DNA of 64,000 bases from Octopus vulgaris (Eukaryota). The notes beneath the pieces were generated by a model that saw only the letters and a program-made list of their open reading frames with translations, did not search any database and was not told where the DNA came from. The stretch is taken from NCBI GenBank assembly GCA_951406725.2, contig OX597816.1:75144001-75208000 (forward strand), in the 5' to 3' direction. Numbering within the stretch: the first letter of the stretch is position 1; every line of letters starts with the position of its first letter. The position numbers and the translations under genes were made by a program. Below, piece after piece: positions 1-11,620 of the stretch.

Positions 1-404
1 TATTGAGAAAATTCTATAGTTTGTAAGATAATTGTTGTTTTTTTTCTTCAATTTCTGCAATTTCAACCAATCAATGACGTCTATTGAAGTGAAAATATTC
101 TGTGCCGTATGAATATGCCCCTCGTTTAAGAAACAGATTGGGTTTATTTACATTTCTGAAGAAAAAAAGATACCCTTCCCCCCACCTCTAACCCTAAAAC
201 AGATTGAAATGCAATAGATCGATACTAGGGTCATAATTATGGGTGACAATTTCATATGACACCGCTAGAAAAACTGCTGTTCAAACCAAAAAGATCCCTG
301 TTGCCTTTGTCAGTCTTTTTGAGAAACATTACAACAGACCTACTATATAGGTTTGAATTGTTACCATTCCCAATATCTCATCTTGTTCTTGATGTTAATA
401 TTAA

Positions 405-545
405 CTGCTGTTCCGCCGAGATCGACTTGCCTCTCATCCTTTTGAGGTTGATGAAATAAGTACCAGTCGAGTTCTGGGGTCGACGTAATCGACCATCCCT
501 TCCCTCAAAATTCCAGGGCTTGTGCCTATTGCAGAAAGGACTATT
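405..545 (+). mobile_element. SINE body with Meta-like core; further copies at ~640-780, 6390-6570, 14330-14525, 26695-26880, 34140-34320, 42390-42520
   Basis: recurrent gcct(t/c)tcatcctt..gggtcgataaaataagtaccag motif; resemblance to the Meta/Sauria SINE core is from memory. Confidence 0.65.
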
Positions 546-1856
546 GGTTTCAAATTTTGGCACAAGGCCAGCAATTTAGGAGGGTGGGGCTAAGTCAATA
601 AAGTCTGGAATATTAATTGTTGTTGTATGGCAACAAACTGGCGGAATTGTTTGTCTTCACATTCTGATTTCAAATTACGACGAGATCAACTTTGCCTTTC
701 ATTTTTCGGAGTCGATAAAATAAATACCAGTTGAGCACTGGGGTCATTGCTGGTCTTGTGCCAAAAATTTTGAAACCAATATTAATTACTGTTGTGAAAA
801 AAATCACTCACTTGGTTTACTAAATATGCTACGTCTTCATCTTTTATACTAAATACCGATGCCATGTCAACATCAAAGTGCATTTGGTATTTGATGTCTT
901 TTGCATTCATTACTTCGTTCTATCATAACAGCTAAATGTAAAACAATAATATATGTACTGATGGGGAAGCTTCTATATACGTAGTCTTCTTCCATTGTAA
1001 TTCCATTAACGTCTTGGATACATTATAATAGTATTAACCGACTGGTATTTTATATCAAACCCCCAAAAGGTTGTATTCAAAGTTGATCTTCAAGGATTAC
1101 AATGTGAACATCAAGGGCCATAGCTAAATGTTACAAGGCATTAAGTCCAACGTGATAATTACTGCCAAGATTTGTTCAGAAATAGCAGACAGCTTTTCAG
1201 ATTATACCTTACCGCCATTAGAAAAGGAAGGATACATTTGATAATATAGTCCAAGATACAATAAATAGATTTTAAAAAAAAAGACGGATTATTAGGGGCT
1301 TGAGTGTCTCCTTCAGTCACAGGGTTGTTTGATCAGAGCTGTACTTCAATAACTTCAGGACAATCATTTAAGATTATTGTCCAGCACTTACCCCACTAAA
1401 TTTCCCATTTTCTACCTTAAAACTTATTTTGATCAAACCATATAGAATGAAATGTTTCATATGTGAATTCCTTTTTTAAAAAATAAATAAATACATTATC
1501 ACAAACTCTTATGGATTCAATGTCGACTAAAGTTTATTTTATACAATAGAATGTGCTGCCTTCATATTCTAGTATTAAAATAAACGTTTTTCCTTACCCT
1601 AGAAGGTCCTAACTTCAATCCAAGAAAATCCTAGAGAATATTTAACAGATATGATTGCCAGAAATGCACTGCTAAATCCAGTATTTAGTGATGCAATAGT
1701 GTTAATAATAATTGATTGATAGATACATTTGCATACATTAGTTGTCTGCATATAAGTCATTTAGATTGAGCTCCTTTAAGTGTTTGCATAAAAACCCTAA
1801 TAGCTAAAGGTTAATTTCTGTGTTAATGGAACCAAAAACACACACATATACATATA

Positions 1857-3052
1857 CAGGGCGCATAAGTTATCTGAGGACAGATTTATGTTTATTAAAA
1901 ACAGATATATAATAACTGATAATAAGTTTATTATAAAAAAAATGCTAAGAGGATAAAAATAAACCTCCATTTCTTCAACTTCAATAACTGCTTCTATATG
2001 ATATCTAAATCATCTACATGCTCAGATCAAGTGGTCCTGGTTCATTTTGGATATGACTCTGACTATGGTGGCTTTCAAAGAATCTTTGGTGTAATGGGTG
2101 TGTTCATTGACACTCCACACATAATAGTCCAGTGGATTGAGATCTGGTAAATTAGGAGTCCAAATTTTAGGGATTATATGTGATCATGAAAATTTTCAAT
2201 CATCTATTTCTGTGTTACTTGAGCCATGCAAGATAGTGCAGTCTTGCTGAAATACATATGATCTTCCATTGCATATACTGTCTATTCAGGGTTTGATAAC
2301 TGTTTCCAGGACCTCAATCTAGGTGGCCTTGTGGAAAGAAATAAAGAGGCATCACATGTCTTTCATTGCTGACAACCCCTAAACCATGACAGTTTCAGGA
2401 AATTTTGTATGCATAACTCTTGTAACTTTAGAAGAATCTGCATATAACCATTTTCTGTTAACTTTTTGATCTTGGTTGAAGTTTTTCTCATCTGAGAAAA
2501 ACCAAATCAAATCTTCTACTGGATTTTTCAGTTTGCTTAAAAGCCTTTTAGATCTGATATAGCAATTTTCTGTAGCTTTTTCTGATATAAATTGACTTTT
2601 CTTCATCATATAAGACTTATGTCTGATGTTTTCATGGACAACATTTCTGATTGTTCCTTCTGACACATGGAGATCTTTTGCAATTGACCTCATGGATTTT
2701 CTGGGATTGTAATCAATGGTCTGTTGAATTTGCTGGATACATTCATGTGTTCTGATGATTTTGGAGCATTTAGAATGCTTTTTACACTTTGATACAAGTG
2801 ATATGTTTCCATCTTCAGTTTCTTACTCATTAAAAACTTTGTAGACAAAAGATTTAGAAACTTTTAAAAATCAAGATATTTCCAAGTCACTATGACCAGC
2901 ATTAATAGCCATGATAACAGCATGCCTCTTCATTTCTTGAGTAAGCTGAGAGTCTGCCATTATTATTTTGTGAAACAAAGATTATATAGAGTTAGCAAAA
3001 ACTGCAGCAATGACCCCAAAAAGGTATGTCCTCAAATACCTTATGCACCCTG
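1857..3052 (-). mobile_element. Full-length decayed DD37D (maT/Bmmar1-like) transposon
   Basis: TIRs cagggcgcataagttatctgagg / cctcaaataccttatgcaccctg, TA on the left; minus-strand WFFSDEKNFNQDQKVN...HTKFPETVMV with stops and frameshifts. Confidence 0.88.
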
Positions 3053-3194
3053 CATATTCATTTCTACTTTGTATATTTTTCTGGCTAATTCAATATATGA
3101 ATTCATATTGTGTCCTACTGACATTTCGAATATTTTATTTTTTCTGATATATTTTTCAGTTATAAGTTTTCTAATTCTGAGTAAGTGACATAGA

Positions 3195-3303
3195 ATGGTA
3201 GACTGGCTTCACTGCAACCTATGTTTCAACCAGCCTGGCAATGGAATTAAATTTTCTCTCACCAACTGTGGGCATGTTTACTGTGAGAAGTGTTTAAATG
3301 AAG
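3195..3303 (+). CDS. RNF212: RNF212 coding exon 1 (RING, first part)
   Basis: ATG at 3195; MVDWLHCNLCFNQPGNGIKFSLTNCGHVYCEKCLNE matches the RNF212/Zip3 C3HC4 RING pattern (W.hCN.C ... lTNCGHvyC..C); donor AAG|GTAAGC, phase 1. Confidence 0.95.
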
Positions 3304-3941
3304 GTAAGCAGCTTTGTGGTTTTTGTAGAAGAACCATCATTCATTTAGATTTTTTTTTTATTTAAATGTAATTTTAAAATAACAACGGCTATTGGAACAA
3401 ACATACAGATAAAAACTTCGGAAATGATTTGGTTACAGGTTCACAGCTCACATATCTGTGATTCAGATATGCAGACTTCATTTCTTAGTAAAATAATTTG
3501 GAAATATGTGTAGCTAGACTGTTATCAAATTTATTGAATTTTTATTAACTCTAATTTTCTCAAATTATCTCATTGAAATAAACCTGCAATATACTATTCT
3601 CATCTATTCAAGGGAACTGCTTCTCATTGAATTAATACCATGTAATTGGGATAAACCCTTAATCAACAAGCCACTGTGGCTCTCAAAAATTGATATTTTG
3701 TTTCTCTGTAGCTCAACATCTTGATCCTGTATGTATGTGCTTATTGTATTTTTATCACCAAAACATGAAGGAACCCAGTCTACACTTCAAGTATACTGAT
3801 CTAAAAATAGCTTATAAGTTTGTTTATATTAAATATTACTTTTCTAACTTAAAAAAGTAACTCTGAGATTTGAATTATTTGTCATATTAAAATGATAAAT
3901 ATATTTCTTTAAATAAGCGTGCATGCACACACACACACACA

Positions 3942-3987
<46 letters not shown>

Positions 3988-4030
3988 CTGTAACTTAGGA
4001 GTTTTGCACATTCTTTTTTATTCTTTACAG

Positions 4031-4092
4031 GGACAAGAGAAAACTGCAAAATGTGCAAAGCAGTGTGCAACAGTATTCTATTGACAGGAAAG
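4031..4092 (+). CDS. RNF212: RNF212 exon 2 (end of RING)
   Basis: ttctttacag acceptor; (G)TRENCKMCKAVCNSILLTGK supplies the last CxxC; donor AAG|GTTTGA; 62 nt restores phase 0. Confidence 0.93.
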
Positions 4093-4361
4093 GTTTGAAT
4101 GAAATTACAATATTCAGCACTGTTTTCCTTCTTAGTTATATATGTTTTTATTTATGTATATAATTTAAAATGAATTATGCAATTGTTTTAAGAAAGAGAG
4201 AGACAGAGACAGAGAGAGTAAATTCCCAGTAAACCAAGCCCACAAAACAGTTTTCGTTTTTAACTGAAGTCATTTCATTTCATTTGTGCTACTAATATTT
4301 CTGCCAAAGGTATAAATATTAACAATATGTTACAACCCACCTCTTTTCAAGGTTTCATGTA

Positions 4362-5622
4362 TTGGGTTGGCAACTAAGTTCTCGCCGTTTTTAAAAATTT
4401 AAATTTCTTTATAAAAAGTAACAATTAATCAATCAATAATGTATTCACCCTTTTTGTTTACAACTTCTTCCCAATGTTCGACAAGGTTTTCAATACCTCA
4501 TTGGTAGAAATCACCCGATTCCGACTCGAAAAATTGACCCAACCAAGCTCTCAATTCTGCATCAGTATTGAATGAAACTCTGCACATAGCATTTGAAAGA
4601 GGTGGAAATCTGTTGGTGACAAATCAGGAGAGTACGGCGGGTGTGGCAGCACTTCCCAGCCATGTATTTGAATGATTTCCATAGTCATATTAGCGATATG
4701 AAGGTGGGTGTTGTCATGCAGCAGAAGAACTCCATGCTGCCGATTAGGTCTTTTCTCTTGAATAGCTGTGTTGAGTCATTCCATCTGTTGAACATAGAGT
4801 TCCGCTTTGACCGTTTGGTTCTGTTCAAGCAATTCGTAATGGATAATTCCTTCCCAGTCCCACTATACGCATAACATTGTTTTATGCGGATGAAGATCTT
4901 GTTTCACGTGCGGTGTCACTTGTTTGCTGGGGCTAAGCCATTCCTTACACAGCTTCATATTGATGTACAGGCACCATTTTTCTTCGCCATTAACAATTTG
5001 GTAAAGAAATCATTGCTTGTGTCCATGAGTTGTGCGGTGACGAGCAAGCAAACCAGCGGAGATTGTGGCTCATTGATTTTTGTTGTTGTCACTTAAAGCA
5101 TGTGGAACCTATGCTCCATACTTCTGAACCTTTCCCATTGAGTGAAGATACTTCTCTATAGTAGTGTGAGAGCATTCCATTTTCTCTGCTAGTTCCCTTG
5201 TCATTTAACGAGAATTTTCATGCAAAAGTTGGTTTAATCACTCTTCATCGAACTAGGATGGCCAGAACAAGGTATGTCTTTGAGGTCAAAATTTCCATTT
5301 TTTAACTTGGCATACCAATCACAAGCGGTTTTCTCAGCTATGGCACCCTCTCCATACACAGCACAAATGTCGCGAGCAACTTTTCCGGCCTTAGAACCTT
5401 GATTAAAAGCAAAAAGAAGCAGGTGTCGAAAATACTCATTTTCCTTAACTTGACATTCCATTTTAATGATCTGAAAATAAACTAAAATTAACTAGAAAAA
5501 CACAAAATAGATTCCAAAATGATTCAAAAATAGAATTCTCGAAAAAAAATAGATTCCAAAATTTAAAAACGCAATAAATTCCAAAATTTAAAAAAACGGC
5601 GGGAACTTAGTTGCCAATAATT
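4362..5622 (-). mobile_element. Full-length decayed DD34D mariner
   Basis: TIRs ttgggttggcaactaagttctcgccg / cggcgggaacttagttgccaa; minus-strand MECQVKENEYFRHLLLFAFNQG...CDWYAKLKNGNFDLKD HTH. Confidence 0.9.
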
Positions 5623-5829
5623 AAGTTTGGCTGTAGTCATTACTTTGAAGATGCCCTATATGGAGATATTATGATATCCTATAAAAAGACAAAGTTTTCA
5701 AAGCTGCCCCAATATTTAGTGCTTCATAAGGTAGATGCTTGTTTATATATAATCTTTAGTAGAATTTGTCAAGGAGTTAAAACAAATGTTTGAAACGTAG
5801 AAACATGAACTGAAATATCTAATGGTTAT

Positions 5830-6335
5830 CATGACAAGGACTAAAGTTCTCCTTAGTAAGAGAATGCACAAATTCCTCTTCCCTCTAAAAAGTGGCTTTG
5901 CTTTGTATGAAGGAAAGGAGAATGTTGGAACTCAGTAATGTGTACTCAGTGCAAGCAAGGTTTATACACAAGGCACAATGGGCTCTATGGCAGGCTGACA
6001 GAACTTCAGATGTACAAGAACAGTTATCAATAGGGCCTCTCATGGAATGACATTATTAAGGAGCTGCTTTAATAATTCAAGAGATGTAGTTGAATGTTTC
6101 TGCTATCTAGGTGATCTAATTAATGTTGGAAGTGACTGCGGGAAAACATTATTGTCAGAAAAAAAGGATAGATGAAAGAAGTTCAGAGAGTTGTTATCTA
6201 GATGGTAACAAAAGTTTCTCCTGTCATTCTAAAAGCAAACTAAGAAATATACATAAGAAATGTGATGCTGCTTGGAAGTGACACATATGCACTACATGTA
6301 GAAAATCTGAGGAGGTTGAGGAGAAATGAGGCAAA
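5830..6335 (+). mobile_element. RTE-clade LINE RT fragment
   Basis: VVECFCYLGD...KFRELL...MLLGSDTY pattern of the RTE RT C-terminus, with many stops. Confidence 0.6.
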
Positions 6336-6623
6336 CACTATTCTTTGTATAAATATTAATCTGTATAAAGGTGGTGAGCTTGTAAAATCATTAGCATGCT
6401 GGACAAAATGCTTAGTGGTATTTCATCTATCTTTATTTTTTGAGTTCAAATTCTGCTAAGATCAACTTTTCCTTTCATCCTTTCAGGGTCAATAAAATAA
6501 ATACTACTTGAACATTGAAGTTGATCTGAAATAGATGGCCTTGTACCAAAATTTGAAACCAATATTAATCTGATTTAAGTACAATTAATTTAAGGGTGGT
6601 TAAAGCCATTAAATTAATAGATG

Positions 6624-6722
6624 CTGCAGATCTTGCAACACCCGCTCCCATTAGTGTAGGGGCCTGGTTGTTCTAAGATCTTCCGCTTGATATCATATGG
6701 GGTCCCTTGATCTTTGAGGTGG
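6624..6722 (-). mobile_element. Short third copy of the PLE GIY-YIG region
   Basis: near-identical to ~8365-8462 (gcagatcttgc...cccttgatctttgaggtg). Confidence 0.75.
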
Positions 6723-7968
6723 ACATGATGTAAATAAAAAATAAGTGTGGGCTAAAAGCAGTTGGGGATTTTTATAAAAAGTTTAATCTTGTTATTTCTG
6801 ATGTTTATTCACACTGATGTAATTAGTATATTCTTCAGTAATCTTCAGCTGTCATATTTTTACACATCTACATTACATTAATCTGGGATTGAATACTGTG
6901 AAGGTGCATAACCTCATGGTTAAAGTTTTGGACTCATGATCTTAATTATGGTTTCACTTCCTAAACCAGGTAATACATTGTGTTCTTGAGTAAATCCCCT
7001 CATTTCATGTCACTCTCATCCATTCACCTGCAAATAAATACCAGTAGTAACTAGGGGTTAACACTGCAACAGATTGGCATTCTATATAAAGGGTGGGTAT
7101 TATACTCTTGGACACTTACACGCCATTGTAACTGGACTAAACTCTAGCCTAATGAGCTGGTTCATGACAGACTTTAGACCATGTATGTGTGTGTGTGTGT
7201 ATGTATACATACATACATATATATATATATATACTTCGTTTTTGTATCTGGTTTGCAAGATTCTTTATGTGAATTCATGTATTGAAACAAATTTTGTTGT
7301 GTCTAGGGAGAATCATCATGCCAATATAATTGACACACACACTGGTTCAATTCTACTCATTTACTAAATATCCGATTTTCTTTTTGTCAAAGCTCTTTTG
7401 GTGCCTTTTTGCAACCTTCTCAGTGACTATTGACTCTGTCTGTTTGTAAGTGAGATTTTCTTGTGTGTGTGAGTTTGTGTATGTATGTATGTATATATGT
7501 ATGTGTGTACCTCTGTTTCCTTTTGGGTGTATGTTTGAGTGTGTTTATGCATATGATTTTTGGTGAGTATGCACATGAGCCAGTTGTGTATGCATGTGTG
7601 TGTGTGTGGAGTATGTGTATATATGGTCATGTGTTTCTATCTTCTTGTGTGTGTGTGCTTGTATGTCCGTATTACTTATGTACCTACCTACCTATGTAAG
7701 TATATATATATATGTATATGTCTGGGGAGAGTCATTTTCTTTTTGTGCCTTATAATGTAATATACTCACCAGTAAAATTTCCACTTTTTTCTTATTTTTA
7801 TTTTCCTAAAATTTTCGTTGCGTCTTGCAACCTTTTCAATAGTTTTGACTCTAAGGCACAAAAAGAAAATGACTCTCCCCAGACACAACAGAATATGCTT
7901 CAACACACGAACTCCTATAAAGAATCTTGCAAACCAAATCCAAAAACGAAACATATATGTATGTATAT

Positions 7969-9645
7969 TATTAAATCACTAAAGTTAAAGTCTGGTCATA
8001 GAGTAACCAGTGGTTTTGCATCCATGAAAGCTGCAGCTTATCAGACTTCATACAAAAGACAAGTTTAACTCTTCACCTCTCAGAGGTGGAAAAATGTCTC
8101 AGTCAATGGGTCAAATGGCCATCAGAGGAAGAAAGTTCCAGCATTGGAGAGGATGGGTTGTCTCTGCTAGACCAATCAATATTAGGAAATAGGGATCTAT
8201 CTCGTAGTCTGCTAACAGATCATAGTGACTCTTATAAGCTTAATCAGCAAATGGAGAATCCCAACAGGTAGCGCTTGAAATGAATGCATTGTGTGAATAT
8301 TTCTTGATGAATATTCAGCGAACCAGGCTTAGTATATTCTCTAAATATTCTGGCTCACTCAACGATGCAGATCTTGCAGCACCTGCTCCCATTAGTGTAG
8401 GGGCCAGGTTGTTCTAAGATCTTCCGTTTGATATCATATGGGGTCCCTTGATCTTTGAGGTGCCACACATGACTGGCCAAGGACATGAGGAAACATTATT
8501 CTGGGACCCTGAAGGATGACCAGTGTTTGTAGAAGCATAGCTTGAAGACTGTGCTGGCTGATCCAATGTATTTACGGGCTTGGGTGATGGCTATGTTCCC
8601 ATTCCTGGGCTTGGGGGATGTTGTTGTTGTTGGGGCTGTCGTCAGGGTTGCTATCATTATGGTCTGGTGGTGCTGGCATGTCTGTTGTATTTGCAGTTAT
8701 CGGTGTGGTGGTTGTCTTTGGCGACAGGGTTGGCATTGTTGCTGGTGGTGGTGGTGTGGGTGCTGTTGTTGATAATGTAGTGTGTGGGACTGGTTACTTC
8801 ATCGGTGCCATTGGTATCAGTCTGGTCATCCTCTCTGGTTGTGGTATTGGTACTGGGGTCATTGGCATTGGAGCTGATGTTTCTGCCACTGTCGCCACCT
8901 CCAGTACTGTCATTGTTGCTGGATGGTACGTTGTTGTTATTGTGTTGCCAGACCTAGATGTCACCATAACCTCATAAATGACTCCTTCAACCTCGCATCA
9001 GCACCCCCACCCCTACTAGACAGTCATTGTACACCTTGAAGGAGCAACCTGCCTGTTCTCATGTTTTGTGGCTGTTAGTTAATATATTTTTTATGTTGGG
9101 TGCACAGCTAAAGGAGACCCTTAAGTTGTGTTTGTTGAATAAATGTCTGAATCTGTGTGTGTGTGAGAGAGGTGATTGTCTATTAACCTGAGGAATAGCC
9201 TTCCCACACAAGTCTTGACATTGAGTGAGAAAGGTAGGGCAAACTAAATGACATTTCAGTGGCGCATCCTTTTCTAGGTACTAGGGCCTAGCATGTAGGA
9301 GATACAGTCTTTAAACCCACTGGATGCCAGTGCCTTATTGTAGTAGGGAGTGACATTGTCAAAGACATCTTGACTAGAGGATAGATTTGAGATCCTTATG
9401 CTGACGCCCTTCACTAGGTTCTTGAACATGATAGGGGAGGGGGGCAGGAGGCTGTGTTAATATAGAACAGCCTCTCATTTGGCTTGTGATAGGGTCTGTG
9501 TGTACTAGAGCCCAAGCTTAGAGTAATGTATAGGAAGTCAACTATGGTGAGATTTGTCTCTATGGCGATCTTGAGTACCATGGAACCTAGGGTACTAATC
9601 ATGTCTTTTCTAAGTCTATTTAGTATGTGCCTATTGGCTCCGTTA
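7969..9645 (-). mobile_element. 5'-truncated Penelope-like element (Naiad-like): RT thumb, linker, GIY-YIG, 3' UTR
   Basis: minus-strand LKIAIETNLTIVDFL.ITL...HRPYHKPN, RVSFSCAPNIKNI, GVIYEV, KYIGSAST; family assignment from recalled PLE motifs. Confidence 0.85.
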
Positions 9646-9649
9646 CAAC

Positions 9650-10609
9650 AACAACACCAATGACCCCAGTACCAATGCCACAGCCAGAGAGGATGACCAG
9701 ACTGATACCAATGGCACCACTGAAGTAATTGGCCCCACACCCTACATTACCAGCAGCAACAATGCCAACCCTATCGCCAGAGACAGCCACCACAGCGATA
9801 ACAACCGCAGCGACAAAAGACATGCCAGCACCACCAGACCAGTGTGTCATAATGATAGCAACACTAATGGCAGCCCCAACAACAATAGCATCCCCAGGCT
9901 AGGTGCCAACCAGAGATGCACCAGGAATGTGAACATAACCATCATCCAAGCCTGTAAATACATTGGATCAGCTAGCACAGCTTTCAAGCAATGCTTCTAC
10001 AACCACTGGCCATCCTTCAGGGTCCTTGAAAGACATTTCATCATGTTCTTGGCCAGCTGTGTCTTGCACCTCAAAGATCAAGGGACCCCATATGATATCA
10101 AATGTAAAACCCTACACTAATGGGAGTAGGCACTGCAAGATCTGCATTGTTGAGCGAGCCAGAATACTTAGAGAATATACTAGGCCTGGCTCACTGAATA
10201 CTCATCAAGAAATATTCACGCAATGCATCCATTTCAAGCACTACCTGCAGCAAAACTAGGTTTCTTCATTTGGTGATTAAGCTTATAAGCGTCACTACGA
10301 TCTGTTAGCAGACCATGAGATAGATCCCTATTTCTCAATATTGGCTGGTCGAGCAGAGACAACCCATCTTCACTACCACTAGAACATTCTCTGATGGCCG
10401 TTTGATCCATTGACTGGAACATTATTTCCACCTCTGAGAGATGAAGAGTTAAACAGTTACACTTGTCTTTTGTATGGAGTCTGATGAGCTGTCCAAAATG
10501 TGTGGCTTTCATAGATGCAAAACCATTGGTTACTCTATGATCAGACTTTAACTTTAGTGATTTAATATTTTACTGCTCTATACACTAGAGTGTGCTTCTT
10601 ATTCAGATA

Positions 10610-10610
<1 letters not shown>
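9650..10610 (+). mobile_element. Inverted partner (pseudo-LTR-like) of the same PLE
   Basis: KYIGSASTAFKQCFYNH..SF and HCKICIVE...LNTHQEIFTQCIHFKH (CCHH); 9655-10567 is the reverse complement of 7969-8870. Confidence 0.85.
10477..10535 (+). ncRNA. Degenerate minimal type I hammerhead ribozyme in the PLE 3' UTR
   Basis: GAGT-CTGATGA-[stem II]-(G>A)AAA-CCATTGG-TT-ACTC; stem I GAGT/ACTC, near-palindromic stem III; mirror copy at 8001-8048 on -. Confidence 0.5.
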
Positions 10611-10652
<42 letters not shown>

Positions 10653-10658
<6 letters not shown>

Positions 10659-10957
10659 AGATCACGTGACCGACCAGACCATCAGATGTTGTTACACATC
10701 GCTGGTCACAATGCGTTCGCATTGTTTTAGCCTTCGAATGACGCCACCCCGCTGGCTAAGCGAGCAGGCCAACAGAAGAAATAGTGGGAGAAAGAGTGGT
10801 GAAAGAGTACAGTAGGGATCACCACCCCCTGCCTGAGCCTCGTGGAGCTTTTTAGGTGTTTTCGCTCAATAAACACTCACAACGCCCGGTCTGGGAATCG
10901 AAACCGCGATCCTGCGACCACGAGTCCGCTGCCCTAACCACTAGGCCATTGCGCCTC

Positions 10958-10960
<3 letters not shown>
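10653..10960 (-). mobile_element. Young tRNA-derived SINE
   Basis: minus-strand head with A box TGGCCTAGTGG and B box GGTTTCGATTCC; CpG-rich; 3' tail shared with the copy at ~49725-49985; sits between (TA)n and (CA)n tracts. Confidence 0.8.
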
Positions 10961-11001
<41 letters not shown>

Positions 11002-11009
11002 CACACACA

Positions 11010-11620
11010 CTGGGTGCAGTGAATAAATTGTCGTCTAAATTACACAAAAATGAAAATAACACAGACATCTCATTTTAACAGGTATATTTACCAAAATTAT
11101 ATAAACATATCTTGAAATACTAAAGAGTAAATTTATTCAATAAAGTTCCCATAGGCTTCAACCACGGCTTCCAGATGACTTTGGAATATCCTGCAACTCT
11201 TCTGGACAGTCGCCTTGTTTAATCTGGTAAATGCTACCATAATCCTTGTCTTCAGTTCATCTTTGGTGTTACAAGGAGTTTTGTTAGTCTCTTGCTCAAC
11301 TGCGTCCAACCCATAATAATCAAAGTGGTTGCAGTCTAGGGAGTTAGGTAACCAGATGTTAGGGAGCCATGACTGGGTTCTGCTGCTTGTGTGGCGTAGT
11401 GCTGCATCCTGTTACCAGACTTAGGGTCTTCCAGCAGCCACCCTCTTCACCCAGGGCAGCACTGCCTCCTTCAGGTACTTGATGTAGGCCTCTTGATGTG
11501 TTGAGTCTGATGTAGGCCTCTTGATGTGTTGAGTCTGCGGCCATGTGGGAAGATGAATGGAGGCATAACATCGCCATCACTAGTGATCCCTCCAAACACC
11601 ATGATGTTGACTAGATGTTT
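11010..11620 (-). mobile_element. DD37D/maT transposase C-terminal fragment
   Basis: VMVFG-like IMVFGGITSDGDVMPPFIFP and IWLPNSLDCNHFDY; internal 28-bp tandem duplication at 11481-11536. Confidence 0.75.

Noticed and set aside
186-200. Telomere-like ctaaccctaa
   Set aside because: Fewer than two units, inside a dispersed repeat truncated by the window edge.
2892-3188. ORF immediately upstream of the RNF212 ATG
   Set aside because: It spans a transposon TIR and AT-rich sequence, has no recognisable motifs and stops before the RING exon.
8990-9000. In-frame TGA codons in the PLEs as possible selenocysteine (as in some Naiads)
   Set aside because: The TGAs examined (here, and at 35863 and just before YVDD) sit where Arg/CGA is expected, and the Cys positions checked are TGC/TGT, consistent with CpG decay.
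8542-9850. Gly/Val/Cys-rich ORFs resembling structural proteins
   Set aside because: Antisense or off-frame readings of the PLE low-complexity insert; they occur in mirror image in both arms.
10890-10960. Candidate tRNA genes (also 35537-35608, ~49730-49790 and the SINE heads)
   Set aside because: A/B boxes are present but acceptor stems do not pair, and each runs into repeat body sequence.
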